Source: Octopus sinensis (taxonomy: Eukaryota). Taken from it: a stretch of DNA of 64,000 nucleotides. Both the position numbers and the translations under genes were made by a program. The notes under the pieces are model-generated. The model was not told the DNA's origin. It saw only the letters and a program-made list of their open reading frames with translations, and did not search any database. How positions within the stretch are numbered: position 1 is the stretch's first letter; every line of letters begins with the position of its first letter. The DNA lies in assembly GCF_006345805.1 (NCBI RefSeq), contig NC_043006.1, forward strand, positions 44,640,001 to 44,704,000, in the 5' to 3' direction. Shown here piece after piece: positions 48,540-60,163 of the stretch.

Positions 48540-49110
48540 ACACCGACCGATCATGGCCGTAAAAAGCACCCACTACACTCATGGCGTGGTTGGCATTAGG
48601 AAGGGCATCCAGCTGTAGAAATACTGCCAGATCAAACTGGAGTCTGGTGCAGCCTTCTGGCTTCCCAGACCCCAGTCGAACTGTCCAACCCATGCTAGAA
48701 TGGAAAATTGCAGGACTGGTGGTACGTAAAAAGCGCTATCTGAATCGTGGCCGATGCCAGCGTCGCCTCGACTGGCTTCCGTGCCAGTGGCACGTAAAAA
48801 GCACCATCCGAATCGTGGCCGATGCCAGTGCCACCTCGACTGGCTTCCGTGCCGGTGGCACGTAAAATGCACCAATCCGACCGTGGCTGTTGCCAGCCTC
48901 GCCTGGCATCTGTGCAGGTGGCACGTAAAAAGCAACCACTAAACTCACGGAGTGGTTGGCGTTAGGAAGGGCATCCAGCTGTAGAAACACTGCCAGATAA
49001 GACTGGAGCCTGGTGCAGCCTTCTGGCTTCCCAGATCCCCGGTTGAACCGTCCAACCCATGCTAGCATGGAGAACGGACGTTAAACGATGATGATGATGA
49101 TGATGATGAT
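48540..49110 (+). mobile_element. Family B elements (two cores, ~63-68-bp subrepeats)
   Basis: Cores near 48600 and 48965; GGCACGTAAAA subrepeats at about 48721/48789/48857/48920; (GAT)n tail. Confidence 0.82.
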
Positions 49111-49141
49111 CTATGTCTACTCCTCTCTCTCTCTCTCTCTC

Positions 49142-49184
<43 letters not shown>

Positions 49185-49187
<3 letters not shown>

Positions 49188-49400
49188 CATCATTTAGTAT
49201 CTGCTTTCCATCTGGCGTGGGTTAGTTGATTTGACTGGAACTAGTAAACTGGAGAGCTGCACCAGGTTCCTGTCTGATTTGGTATGGTTTCTACAGCTGG
49301 AGGCTCTTCCTAACGCCAACCACTCCAAGAGTGTGATGGGTGTTTTCATGTGCCACTGGCATGGGTGCCATTTACATGACACCGGTGACGGCCACAACTA
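49185..49400 (-). mobile_element. Family B element, inverted relative to 48540-49110
   Basis: catcattt...ttctacagctggaggctcttcctaacgccaacc. Confidence 0.75.
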
Positions 49401-49414
49401 TATATACAAATGGT

Positions 49415-49700
49415 GAAGGCACATGGCTTAGTAGTTGGGGGTGTTGCACTCAGGACCATAAGATAACCATTTTGATTCCTGGACCAGTGCATTGTTGCAT
49501 TGTGTTCTTGTGCGAAACACTTCATTTCACATTGCTCCAGTCCACTCAGCTGTAAATAAGTCTCAGCGGTGGCTTGGAAGTTAACCCTGTAGTGGACAGG
49601 CTTTCCATCCAGGGGGAGTGTTGTAATCTCAGTCATTTATACGCCATAGAAACCAAGTTAGTCTCCAACCTTATGAATCCTAGGGTTCATGACAGACTCC
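49415..49700 (+). mobile_element. Family E SINE
   Basis: ggcacatggcttagtagttggggtgttg...acacttcatttcacattgctccagtccactcagctg...ccatccaggggg. Confidence 0.7.
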
Positions 49701-50271
49701 TAACATCAGACCCCTAACATACACAGCTCTTCCAATATGTTAACTATGAACCATCACTTACTACATGAAACTGCTCTCTAATCCTTTAGCATTCAGATTA
49801 CTCCATCAAATCTAATGCGTATTTATTCACGTTGCCTTTGAATAAATCCTGTATTATCTCATAGTGTTGAGATTTCAATGATGTGATTGTTTATTTTCGA
49901 TTGTTATTGGAACATAGGTGTGAGAGGCTCAACATAACTAGTTTTAACATAAAATAGGTAGGATATTTGGAGAGGGTTACCTGAAGAATAGTCACACCAG
50001 TCAATTCTTCAGGTGGGGTAGCCTTGTGTAATGAATCTTCAGGTGTTTTAAACACCTGGGGTGATAATATTTAAGGTGCAGGAGGATCAGGTGAAACCAG
50101 GATGTTGCCAATGCTGAAACTAATGCTGCCAATAACACCGCCCCATTACATCTACCACCACTATCACTATCGTCACCATCACCACCAACACCACCATCAT
50201 TACTACCACCACCACTATCATTACTATTGCTACCACCATTACCAACACCAACACCACTATCACCATTGTTG

Positions 50272-50505
50272 CTACTTATTTCTTTATTGCCCACAAAGGG
50301 CTAAACATAGAGGGGACAAATAAGGACAGACAAAGGGATTAAGTCAGTTACATCGACCCCAGTACGTAACTGGTACTTAATTTATCGACCCCGAAAGGAT
50401 GAAAGGCAAAGTTGACCTCGGCGGAATTTGAGCTCAGAACATAACGGCAGACGAAATACCGCTAAGTATTTCGTCCAGCATGCTAGCGTTTCTGCCAGCT
50501 CGCCG
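50272..50505 (-). mobile_element. Family C SINE, CpG-rich (young-looking)
   Basis: CpGs retained (atcgaccccgaaaggatgaaaggcaaag...cggcggaatttg); ends about 160 bp before the last TPP2 exon. Confidence 0.85.
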
Positions 50506-50662
50506 AAAGCTACTCCCACCACTGCTACCACCATCACCATCATTACTACAACCACCACTATTACCATTAACATTTCCAACACCACCCCCGTGATTACCAT
50601 GACTACCCCCATTTCTGAACTGATTTAATTTAACTCATTTATTTTATTTTGTTTCTTTGCAG

Positions 50663-50752
50663 ATATTCAAGCAACTCAACTGGAATCACTGTGCTGAATA
50701 TTTTGAAAATTCATTGCTAGTTAAATATCCCAAGAGTTACCGACCATTTTGA
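50663..50752 (+). CDS. TPP2: TPP2 terminal coding exon
   Basis: tttgcag|ATA...TTT TGA; IFKQLNWNHCAEYFENSLLVKYPKSYRPF*. Confidence 0.95.
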   Translation: MFKQLNWNHCAEYFENSLLVKYPKSYRPF

Positions 50753-50828
50753 ATTTAATTACCCAGACATTTTGCTAATAACTCTAAGTTCCCCCCTTTC
50801 CCCATATTCTGCATTACATGGATGGTCA

Positions 50829-50834
50829 AATAAA
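50829..50834 (+). promoter_or_regulatory. Candidate polyadenylation signal for TPP2
   Basis: First AATAAA after the stop (about 77 nt downstream), followed by a U-rich (TTA)n tract; no transcript evidence. Confidence 0.35.
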
Positions 50835-50858
50835 CAGCAGGGATGATTATTATTATTA

Positions 50859-50894
<36 letters not shown>

Positions 50895-51048
50895 TATTAT
50901 TATTATTAATTGGCTTCGATCTTTAATTGATACACTGTCAATTCTCTATTGCCTTGTAATGGCTTTGGGAATGGCATGAATGTCACGATACACCGATTTC
51001 TCCTTCCTCTAAGATGTAGGGCGTTTATGCCTAACTAAAAAAAGAAAC

Positions 51049-51093
<45 letters not shown>

Positions 51094-51578
51094 TATTATT
51101 GTTACTGAGACCAGGAGCATTGACAGTTAGTTGTTTGATGGAAGTTGATGCCGACATATTTCTGTACATAAACTCTGTCAAATTTGAGTTGCCAAAGCTT
51201 CATATTCTTCCTGCCCTCTCTCTCTCTCACTCTTTTTCTTTCTCTCTCATTTTCTCACTCGCTTCTCTTGCTCTTCTCCTGTCTTTTCTCTTTGTGAGAC
51301 GGAGAACATTTCGGTTTCATTACGCTGCTTGCCAGTTTCAATTCTCACTCCACAACCATCACTTTAGCTGTTCCCTCCTTACCTTTTTTTTTTTTATTTA
51401 AAAAGAGAAAAAAAAAAGCAAAAGATTTTTAAGTAACCTTTTTTTTTTTGAAGATATCCTTCTTAAAATTATTTTAATTCTTAAATTTTTTCTCTTTTCA
51501 GAGAGCAATTTATACTGAACCATTGCATACTTCATTCTTTCCCCCCCTTTTTTGGCAATCCCAGCTGCCATTGTGGTC

Positions 51579-51618
<40 letters not shown>

Positions 51619-53283
51619 TGTGTGTATGTATATGTATGAAATTACAGATCACTGAATCTAACACTAACAGCCAGCACACCATATATATATATTATATAGT
51701 GTGTTTGTATGTCTATGTATGTATATGCACACACACATATATATACACACACACACATACATACATATGCACATATATATGAATGTGTACGTATATATGC
51801 ATGTGAACATGTGTGTGTGAATATATATATATATATATATACATACATGAAATCTGCACAAACATTTCTGTTTGTATATGCAAACCATTTTGCAATATTG
51901 AAGCCTGGTCTAACTTGACACAAAAAGTGTTGATTGTTGAGTTGACAGTGCACTGGGCAGGCAGTATTAAGTAGGCACATGAAAGGAAGGGGCTAAAATA
52001 TGAAGCACTTAGGAAATCATGTGAGGCACAAGAATGGTAGTCTACAGAGCTTCTTGTAAAGTTGGGATGTTTTTACTGTGGTTGTAGTTAGACTTGCAAT
52101 GTTCAAATTGGCCAGCATTCGATTTCGGAAAAAAACAAAACAGTGAGTCTCTAACTGGAGAGAGGAAAGTGGGAAATGCTTTCTTGATGTGGCAAGTGAG
52201 AGAAAGATGAAATCCTCAACAATTAATGAAACATAAAACAAAATGGTTGATGCATACTTGGAGTAATTGCATTTGTGCTCACTTTTGTGTGGTGGCCACA
52301 TAAATTATGGAAATATAGGAAAACATGGATATTTGTTGGTATCATTAATGCTATGGGTATGAGATGTTTTGGCACAGCTGTTTTGATGATGCCTATCTGG
52401 CATTGCTGATTTGACACTGACTTATTTGACATCAGATGTTTTAATGTTTCTTTCAACCTCTTCCTCTGCTCTCATTCTCTTTTCCTCTATGTGGGTGAGC
52501 ATATTTGTTTTTATATCTCTATGTGTATATTTTTGCACATGCGTGCATGGGTGTGTGTCTTCCTCCAGCACTAAAAAGCACTGTTGCCAAAATAGGCTGA
52601 ATGTCCAGTCAACCATGTCAAATCACCAGTGTCCAGACAGTTATGTCTTGTTGTCTCGTTCCACAATCCTTCTTGGCACCACTGGATGGTGCAGTACAGT
52701 CAAAAGCTACCAAAACTATTATTATCTCTGATCAGCAGCTGATGAAGGGAATATCCCACTGTTTGAGTTGTATATAAAATATATCCATGTATGAATCTCT
52801 AAACATACATTTTTATGTATGTGTATGTATATCATACACACACACACAAAAGGATATTTGTGTTCATCTATTAATCTATTTATCTATCTGAATGTCTGTG
52901 ATTGTATAAAGAATACAAACGTAAATTGATCTGTATCAGTGTTGTGTATTCCAGTCGGTTGATCAACATAATTTCCTTTTCTTTGAAAATAGTGCAAATG
53001 GCTGGGTATTTCACAGATACATATACTCTTAATGTAATTTTTTATGGTAGAATCATGGTGACTCAGTGTGTGATAAGGTTTTCCCCATTGGACTTTCAGA
53101 TTGGTCCAACAAGCTTCTAACTAGTTTCTGCCTGTCCAGTATCACTGACAAGGTCAAGGTTGACTTGAGGCTATGGTAAAAGGTGCACAGCCAAGGTGGG
53201 ATCAAACCTGGTGCCTCATGATTGCAAAGCAAATCTTAACCATTCAACCATTGTGTGTGTGTGTGAGACTGTCTTAGTCCTTT

Positions 53284-53325
<42 letters not shown>

Positions 53326-53916
53326 GCAATGAACACAAAAAGAAGACAACTTGGGAGGGACCAGTTTTAATAAATATTGTATTAGTTTAATGCTTAAAAA
53401 GGAGAGAGTTGATTTTTCGGGTGCTAGTCCTTCATAAGAAAATGATAGATATGTAGGTAGATAGACAGATGGATAGATAGATCTATCTAGCTATCGATGA
53501 AGAGAGATCAAATAACGCAAGAAAGTGATCTCATACTTTTTTCTCTGAAGTTTCATTAAGAAGCACACTATACATTTTCCACCCTGTATCAGATCTTTGA
53601 ATCTAATGGTGTTTACGTTTATGCTGTGTGCATGCATGTGTGTGTGTGTGATTTTGATTGTGGTGTTTTGGAAGCTGTTTCTGATGTTATCGTTTCATTT
53701 CCCCCCAAATCCTATTGTTTTATTCCATTTCTTCATGACTAGGTATGTATGAAGCTTGCAAGAAAAATTCTAAAATCCATGGTGCTAGATTCTATTGTAG
53801 GTTAGCGAGTGAAATATATACTTATCTGAAGAAACAGATATTTTTCAAAACATATATGCATGATTTCCTTGAACTTTAAGACATTCTGTTCACATGCGAA
53901 TATATGTGTGTGTGTA

Positions 53917-53952
<36 letters not shown>

Positions 53953-53956
<4 letters not shown>

Positions 53957-54369
53957 CAATATTGTAATTCTTGAACAAAAATTGGAGGGACTACAACATG
54001 ATAACAATTACACATGTACATACATAGATCCATAAATTCTATAGGTCAGAAGTTGTAGGTGCAACTTTGTTCAGAGAAAGGTAAGCTAATTTTAGGATTC
54101 AAATAATAAGTCTGTAGATGTAATCAAAAGCCAATGATACAGGAGGCTGATGTGTGTGTGTGTGTGTGTGTATACAATATTGTAATTCTTGAACAAAAAT
54201 TGGAGGGACTACAACATGATAACAATTACACATGTACATACATAGATCCATAAATTCTATAGGTCAGAAGTTGTAGGTGCAACTTTGTTCAGAGAAAGGT
54301 AAGCTAATTTTTAGGATTCAAATAATAAGTCTGTAGATGTAATCAAAAGCCAATGATACAGGAGGCTGA
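53953..54369. repeat. 218-bp tandem duplication joined by (TG)n
   Basis: 53953-54150 and 54171-54369 are identical except for one T. Confidence 0.95.
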
Positions 54370-54432
<63 letters not shown>

Positions 54433-54477
54433 TTCAGTATTATTAAAGCTACACAAACATAACAAAGATATCACAAG

Positions 54478-54521
54478 AAACTGCTATTCAGAGTTTCACG
54501 TTCCCATTCGTTGGACAGTTT
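54478..54521 (-). ncRNA. Degenerate type I hammerhead ribozyme motif
   Basis: Minus strand: aaactgt-CCAACGA-atg(ggaa)cgt-GAA-ACTC(T)GAAT-A-gcagttt. Confidence 0.55.
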
Positions 54522-56187
54522 AGATTGACAATAATAATGAAGCATATTACTCTACCTCCGGTATTCAAGTACTATTTCCCTTGTTTCACTTTTATGTGTT
54601 TACTTTATGATATATAGGGGCAGCCAGTTTAGCAGGAAATCAGTGTTATAGTCTGTGGTGACAGCTGATACCTACAGTAGAGGTAGGTCATGGATGTCTG
54701 ATGGTAATAGATACTAAGTGGATAAGTGATGCTAGCATGGGTATATATAATGATGAAAGATAATTCAGGGTATTATGTTCATGTAATGACATTATGAATT
54801 GTAAATGGTAGAGGTAAGCTATTGTGGTAAGGCTTGTGATGGTGGATGATAGGACAAATGTAAATCAAGTGATCTGTTTATGGATGATGAAATGGAAGAA
54901 TGGTGAAGCTTGGTTGTAGTTTGATAAAACATTGCCAGACTGAAGAAAATTCAGAGGTTTCCTTTTATTTTTTTAACCTTCATGGCATCCATACACTAAC
55001 ATACTGTGTCCTCTTGTCTCTCTCTGAGCATTGCTAGAATTGCCTCTGCTCTTCTGAATGTAGCAATTCTTTATACCCTTACATTCTCCCCTCTCTTTGT
55101 GTTTCATATTGTCTCTCACCTTGGACTCTTTACTAAATATTTAGCCTAATTCTTCCTTTTCCTAATTGAAACTCTTCAGTTCCTCTGCTCTGTCTACAAT
55201 TATTCCCAATATGTTGGCCTGCAGAAGTTCAAACCAAAAATCAACTGCACTGATCTCACCTGTCTGACAGATCTTACAAAGGTTATGGGTTTGTTTCTCT
55301 AAATAATGATAATAATAAAATAAGCAGAAAAACAATCTTAGTAATTTAAGGTGGGTACAAAATGAAGTAATACCAAAAGAGTATTTGTAATTTAGTCTTA
55401 GATCCTTCCTTCATTACTGGTAATCTTGTTGGTTAAGCTTAGTTAATTCTTTATACACAATGATTTGATTGAAATTGGTTCAAATTTTACCTTTCAGAAT
55501 ACGTAGTAGTGGAGATATGACCTGGTACTAAGATAACCATTACTTTGCTGATGTGTTGACATCTCTTGAAGTTCTTAGTTCTGAAGATGAATGCCAAGTC
55601 TTAAATGATTTTGTTACTGAAATAGATATTTTCAGTGTTAGTGTGCACGTGAGCAAGAGAGCGAGAAAGATTGAGTGTATGTGTGCATGCATGTGCACAC
55701 GTGGGCAACAGGCTAGGACCTGTTTATAAACACTAGTTGTGTGGGAAATATTTGCAAGTAGAATATTTTATACAATGTATATGTGCGCATGCACACACAC
55801 ACACACACACACACACACCACACACGCACACACAACACACACACACACACACACGCACAAGATTGCATGAAGTAGTGTTGGATAAAATATATTCTTGCAA
55901 AGTCATGTTTAACACATACTATTAGTCCTGGGGGAAAATTTCCCATCTGGGTTAGTGTATTTACACTAGTCCTCATGGAAATTTTTGTGCTCAGACTATT
56001 CCTGAAAGGTCTTCGCATATCTGATTGCACTCGAACGTGTAAAACATGAATTTACATGAATGTGTGTGTGTATATAATATTCTGTAGTATATATTTTTGT
56101 CCAGTGAGATTTTTAACAATTTTTTAATCTGATCATTTGTTATTCTTTATTCTTTGTTTACTTTTATTTATTTACTTCATTGTATGT

Positions 56188-56223
<36 letters not shown>

Positions 56224-56230
56224 ACATATA

Positions 56231-56474
56231 GTTATTCAAAAGGAATGAACAGATTTCATTACGCAATATTTTAATAAGGAAAGGCAATAGAAAACTCCAG
56301 CTAAGTCACAAGTATTTACTCACTATCAACTTTTATGTGTTGGCCACATTGAAGAAGTAAGACAGGAAATAAAAGTTGATTGTGAGTAAATGCTTGTGAC
56401 TTAGCTGGAGTTTTCTATTGCTTTTCCTTATTAAAATATTGCATAATGAAATTGGTTCATTCTTTTTGAATAAC
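56231..56474. repeat. Foldback element, 106-bp arms, 32-nt spacer
   Basis: Arms 56231-56336 and 56369-56474, about 7 mismatches. Confidence 0.93.
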
Positions 56475-56787
56475 CTTGTACTTTATTTGTGTGGTAACAG
56501 GGCTACTAATGGTTTCATGTGAAGAGATCTTCACAATTGTTGAAGCATGCCACATGGAAATGTTGCAACTTGTCTCCATTTTGGATGGGAATAGAAACAA
56601 CATACATACATACATCAACCCATGCCAGGATGGAAGGAGGATGCTAAATGATATATATATACACACACACACAGACACACACATATATATATATATGTAG
56701 GGAGAATTCACAAAAAAACAAAAGACAAAGACAGGTGGTGTAGACAACAAACAGATGTATTAGTGTAACGCTTGGGAAGTGAAAAAG

Positions 56788-56825
56788 TCTTTAACATTTC
56801 GAAACTATGCGCTTCCACAGAAAGA
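56788..56825 (-). ncRNA. Degenerate minimal hammerhead motif
   Basis: Minus strand: tcttt-CTGTGGA-agcgcatagtttc-GAA-ATGT-T-aaaga. Confidence 0.4.
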
Positions 56826-56846
56826 GACAAGGAGAGAAAATAAAAA

Positions 56847-56886
<40 letters not shown>

Positions 56887-58099
56887 GTTTGTATATTTCA
56901 GGTAGAGTGAATGTTGTGTTTACTGAAATCCTTTCCTCATGTTATTTAGACTTTTTGCATTTTCCAAAATTGTCTCTTGCCAATGTAGACAACTGCTGGT
57001 TTCCCTGAATCCTACTGATTGTGTCATAATATTTTTATGTCTGCTTAGAATGACTTTGATTCACTGTCTATCAACTTAGTATACATTGGTAATATGTAGG
57101 TGGATGATGCAGTTCAGTTTGAATATTAACATCATAAAGTAAAGCTGATACATATCTTCTTGTTAGTAAACATCAACAACAATTTGAACCCTGTCTGTAT
57201 CTGTATAAAATGTATACTTCTTAGAAATACATAGAAATACCTACCATTATAATACATTCCCATTAGACTAGATCTTAATATTATTTTTGTTTGATTGTTG
57301 CTATTCCAAGTGGGATGGTCTATATTGGAGCAGGTAGAAATATAATTTTTTACAGTTATTCTGCTGACTGCTAACTATCCAATTTTAAAAGTAGAGCATG
57401 CAAAATTATTCCTTGTTCAAGAGCACAACACAACAGTTGTAGTAAGGCTTGGGTCCATGATTCTATCTCAGGGATCTAGTACTTTAATCTACAGCTTAAT
57501 TTATAACCATTATAGCAGTATATTATAACATTCAAAGCAAACCTTCCGTGACATAAAGAGAAGGATTACTCTATTCTTTTTTTCCAAACCAGACTCAAAC
57601 TCTAATGTTGATATAGCCAATGTTCAAGAAAAAGAAAAAAAAAGTCATTCTCATTGTTCAATAGGAGCAAAGAATGAAAATTATGTATACATATATAAAA
57701 TTGTGTATGTATGTATGTGTGTATAATATATATATATATATAATATATATATATATTATATATATCTAAATATATCTACATGTGTATCTTTATTTATATA
57801 TATTTAATTATATATATTATATTTATATAGTTATTTTTATTTATATATTATATATTTGTATACATATTATATATATATTTACATATATATGTTATATATT
57901 TGTATATAATACATATATTTACATATATATGTTATATATTTGTATATATATTTATATCTATATTTATGTTTATATATTTATATTATATACATACATATAT
58001 ATAAATATATATAAATACACAGACACACACATGTATATATGTACATATATAAATGAGTATACATTATATATATTTAAAAATTGTATATATATGTATATT

Positions 58100-58134
<35 letters not shown>

Positions 58135-58140
<6 letters not shown>

Positions 58141-58541
58141 AGAACAAGTAGAAAGATATATAAATTTTTTTTTCTTAACACGCAAATACTGAACAGTATA
58201 TATGAAGGGTAAAATACTTTTAAGAGCAGACAGATTTTGCCAGCAACTGTCCATGAGTATCGAACTCGCACCTCTCTAATATCGAGTTGGAGTGCTCTAC
58301 CCTTCATGCTAAACTGCCGCCCAGCAAATTCTTCTACAATTTTAGGAGTTATAAAGTCATCCAGAAATGTTAGATGTCATATAGAGAGCACTCCAACCAG
58401 ATATTGGAGGGGTGTGAGTTTCATCCTCATGGCTGGTTGCAGGCAAATTTTTCTGCTCTTAAAGGGATATTATCCTTTATATAGACTCTTCAGTGTTTAC
58501 GTGTTGAAAAAATATATTTTCCTACTTGTTCTAATATACAT
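58135..58541. repeat. Old inverted repeat with tRNA-like inner ends
   Basis: Arms of about 160 bp at roughly 75-80% identity (by eye), spacer about 80 bp. Confidence 0.8.
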
Positions 58542-59219
58542 TTCAATACTTCAAAAACAAACTTATGTTTGTTTACATATGATGTTATATATATGTATAA
58601 TTATATAGATCTCTATATATATATATATATGTATATGTATGTATGTATAATTATATGTATGTATGTATAATTATATATATATGCATGTATGTATAATTAT
58701 ATATGTGTATGTATAATTATATATATATATATATATATATATAATCTTTTCTTTTATTGGTTTCAGTCATAAGACTCTCACCATGCTGGGACACTGCCTT
58801 CAGTTGTCTTGTTTATCGTATTGACTCTAGCAATTTTCTCTTTAAGGCCCGGGATTTATTGTAATGATTTCTTGCTTTTTTTTTATTTGTTGAAAAGACA
58901 AAACATGGGGGAGAAGGATACGCATGTGCACACACAAACACACGCACACACAAACACACGCACACACATTTGTTTATGTACGACGTGCTTCCATACAGTT
59001 TCTGCTGCCAAATTTACCTTGCAAGGCATTGTTCAGTCTAAAGCTACATGCAACACTAAATCAGAATGCTTAGCCATGTGGTTGAAGAGTGACCATCTTA
59101 ACCACATAACCATACCAGCACTAAAATATTATATACTGTTATACATACATACTCTTATATATCTATATATATATATATATATAATATATATATATATATA
59201 GTGTTTGTGTGTGTGTGTG

Positions 59220-59255
<36 letters not shown>

Positions 59256-59311
59256 TATGTATATGGATATATGTATCTGTGTGTATGTATGGATAATATG
59301 TGTGCATATAT

Positions 59312-59352
<41 letters not shown>

Positions 59353-59427
59353 TATATATTATATATATATTATATATATATATTATATATATGGATAATA
59401 TGTATCTGTGTGTATGTATGGATAATA

Positions 59428-59470
<43 letters not shown>

Positions 59471-59552
59471 TTGTATGTATAAGTGTGTGTATGTTTGTTT
59501 TTATATATATATATATATATTATATATATATATATTGTTTGTTCCTTCTCAA

Positions 59553-59825
59553 GCCACGCCTGGCTCTTAAGAGTCGGTTTCCCGATTTCTTTGGTGTATG
59601 GGCTCCCCACCTGGACAGGATGCAGGTGAGCTGCAAGATGCAGGGGGAAAGAGTGAGAGAAAGTTGTGGCGAAAGAGTCAGCAGAAGTTCGCCATTACCT
59701 TCTGTCGGCGTCGCGTGGAGCTTAGGTGTTTGGCTTATAAACGCATACATCGCCCTGTCTGAGATTCGAACCTGCAATCCCTCAACCGTGAGTCTGCTGC
59801 TCTAACCACTAGGCCATGTGCCTCC
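59553..59825 (-). mobile_element. Family D SINE
   Basis: Minus strand: GGAGGCACATGGCCTAGTGGTTAGAGCAGCAGACTC...GGTTCGAATCTC; body matches 15428-15724. Confidence 0.8.
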
Positions 59826-60163
59826 TCATATATAAATGTATATGTATATTTATCTGTATGCATATATATATGCATGTATGTATATTTATATGTTCAACTA
59901 TATGTATGTATTTGTATGTTTATCCATATATATATATATATATGTATGTATGTATGTAGGTGTGTGTGTGTGTGTGTATATGAAAATATTTATATGGCGT
60001 GTGTGTCTGTGTGCATATATATATATATATATGTATGTACATGTGTGTCTCCATAAATATTTATGTGTACATATGTATTTACGCTTCCATGTAAGTATAT
60101 ATGTGCATACACATATACCCATATGCACGTGTGCGTATACTTATATATATATATATATATATA

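Larger units (their letters stand above)
815..50752 (+). other. TPP2: Tripeptidyl-peptidase II gene, 3' portion (17 coding exons; 5' exons outside window)
   Basis: Spliced translation is collinear with human TPP2 from ...VDKAYDYL...RGIYLRD to the C-terminal YPPDYCVF (here YPKSYRPF*). All introns are GT-AG, phases match, and the total of 2289 nt is divisible by 3. Confidence 0.96.

Noticed and set aside
52017-52460. Possible Penelope RT or GIY-YIG remnant on the minus strand (SEHK...LQLETH...LANLN)
   Set aside because: Similarity is too weak and could be read as either domain; it needs a profile search.
59757-59825. Possible tRNA genes at SINE heads (also 15660-15724, 61765-61835, 58235-58322)
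   Set aside because: A/B boxes are present but acceptor stems do not close and each head continues into a repeated SINE body.
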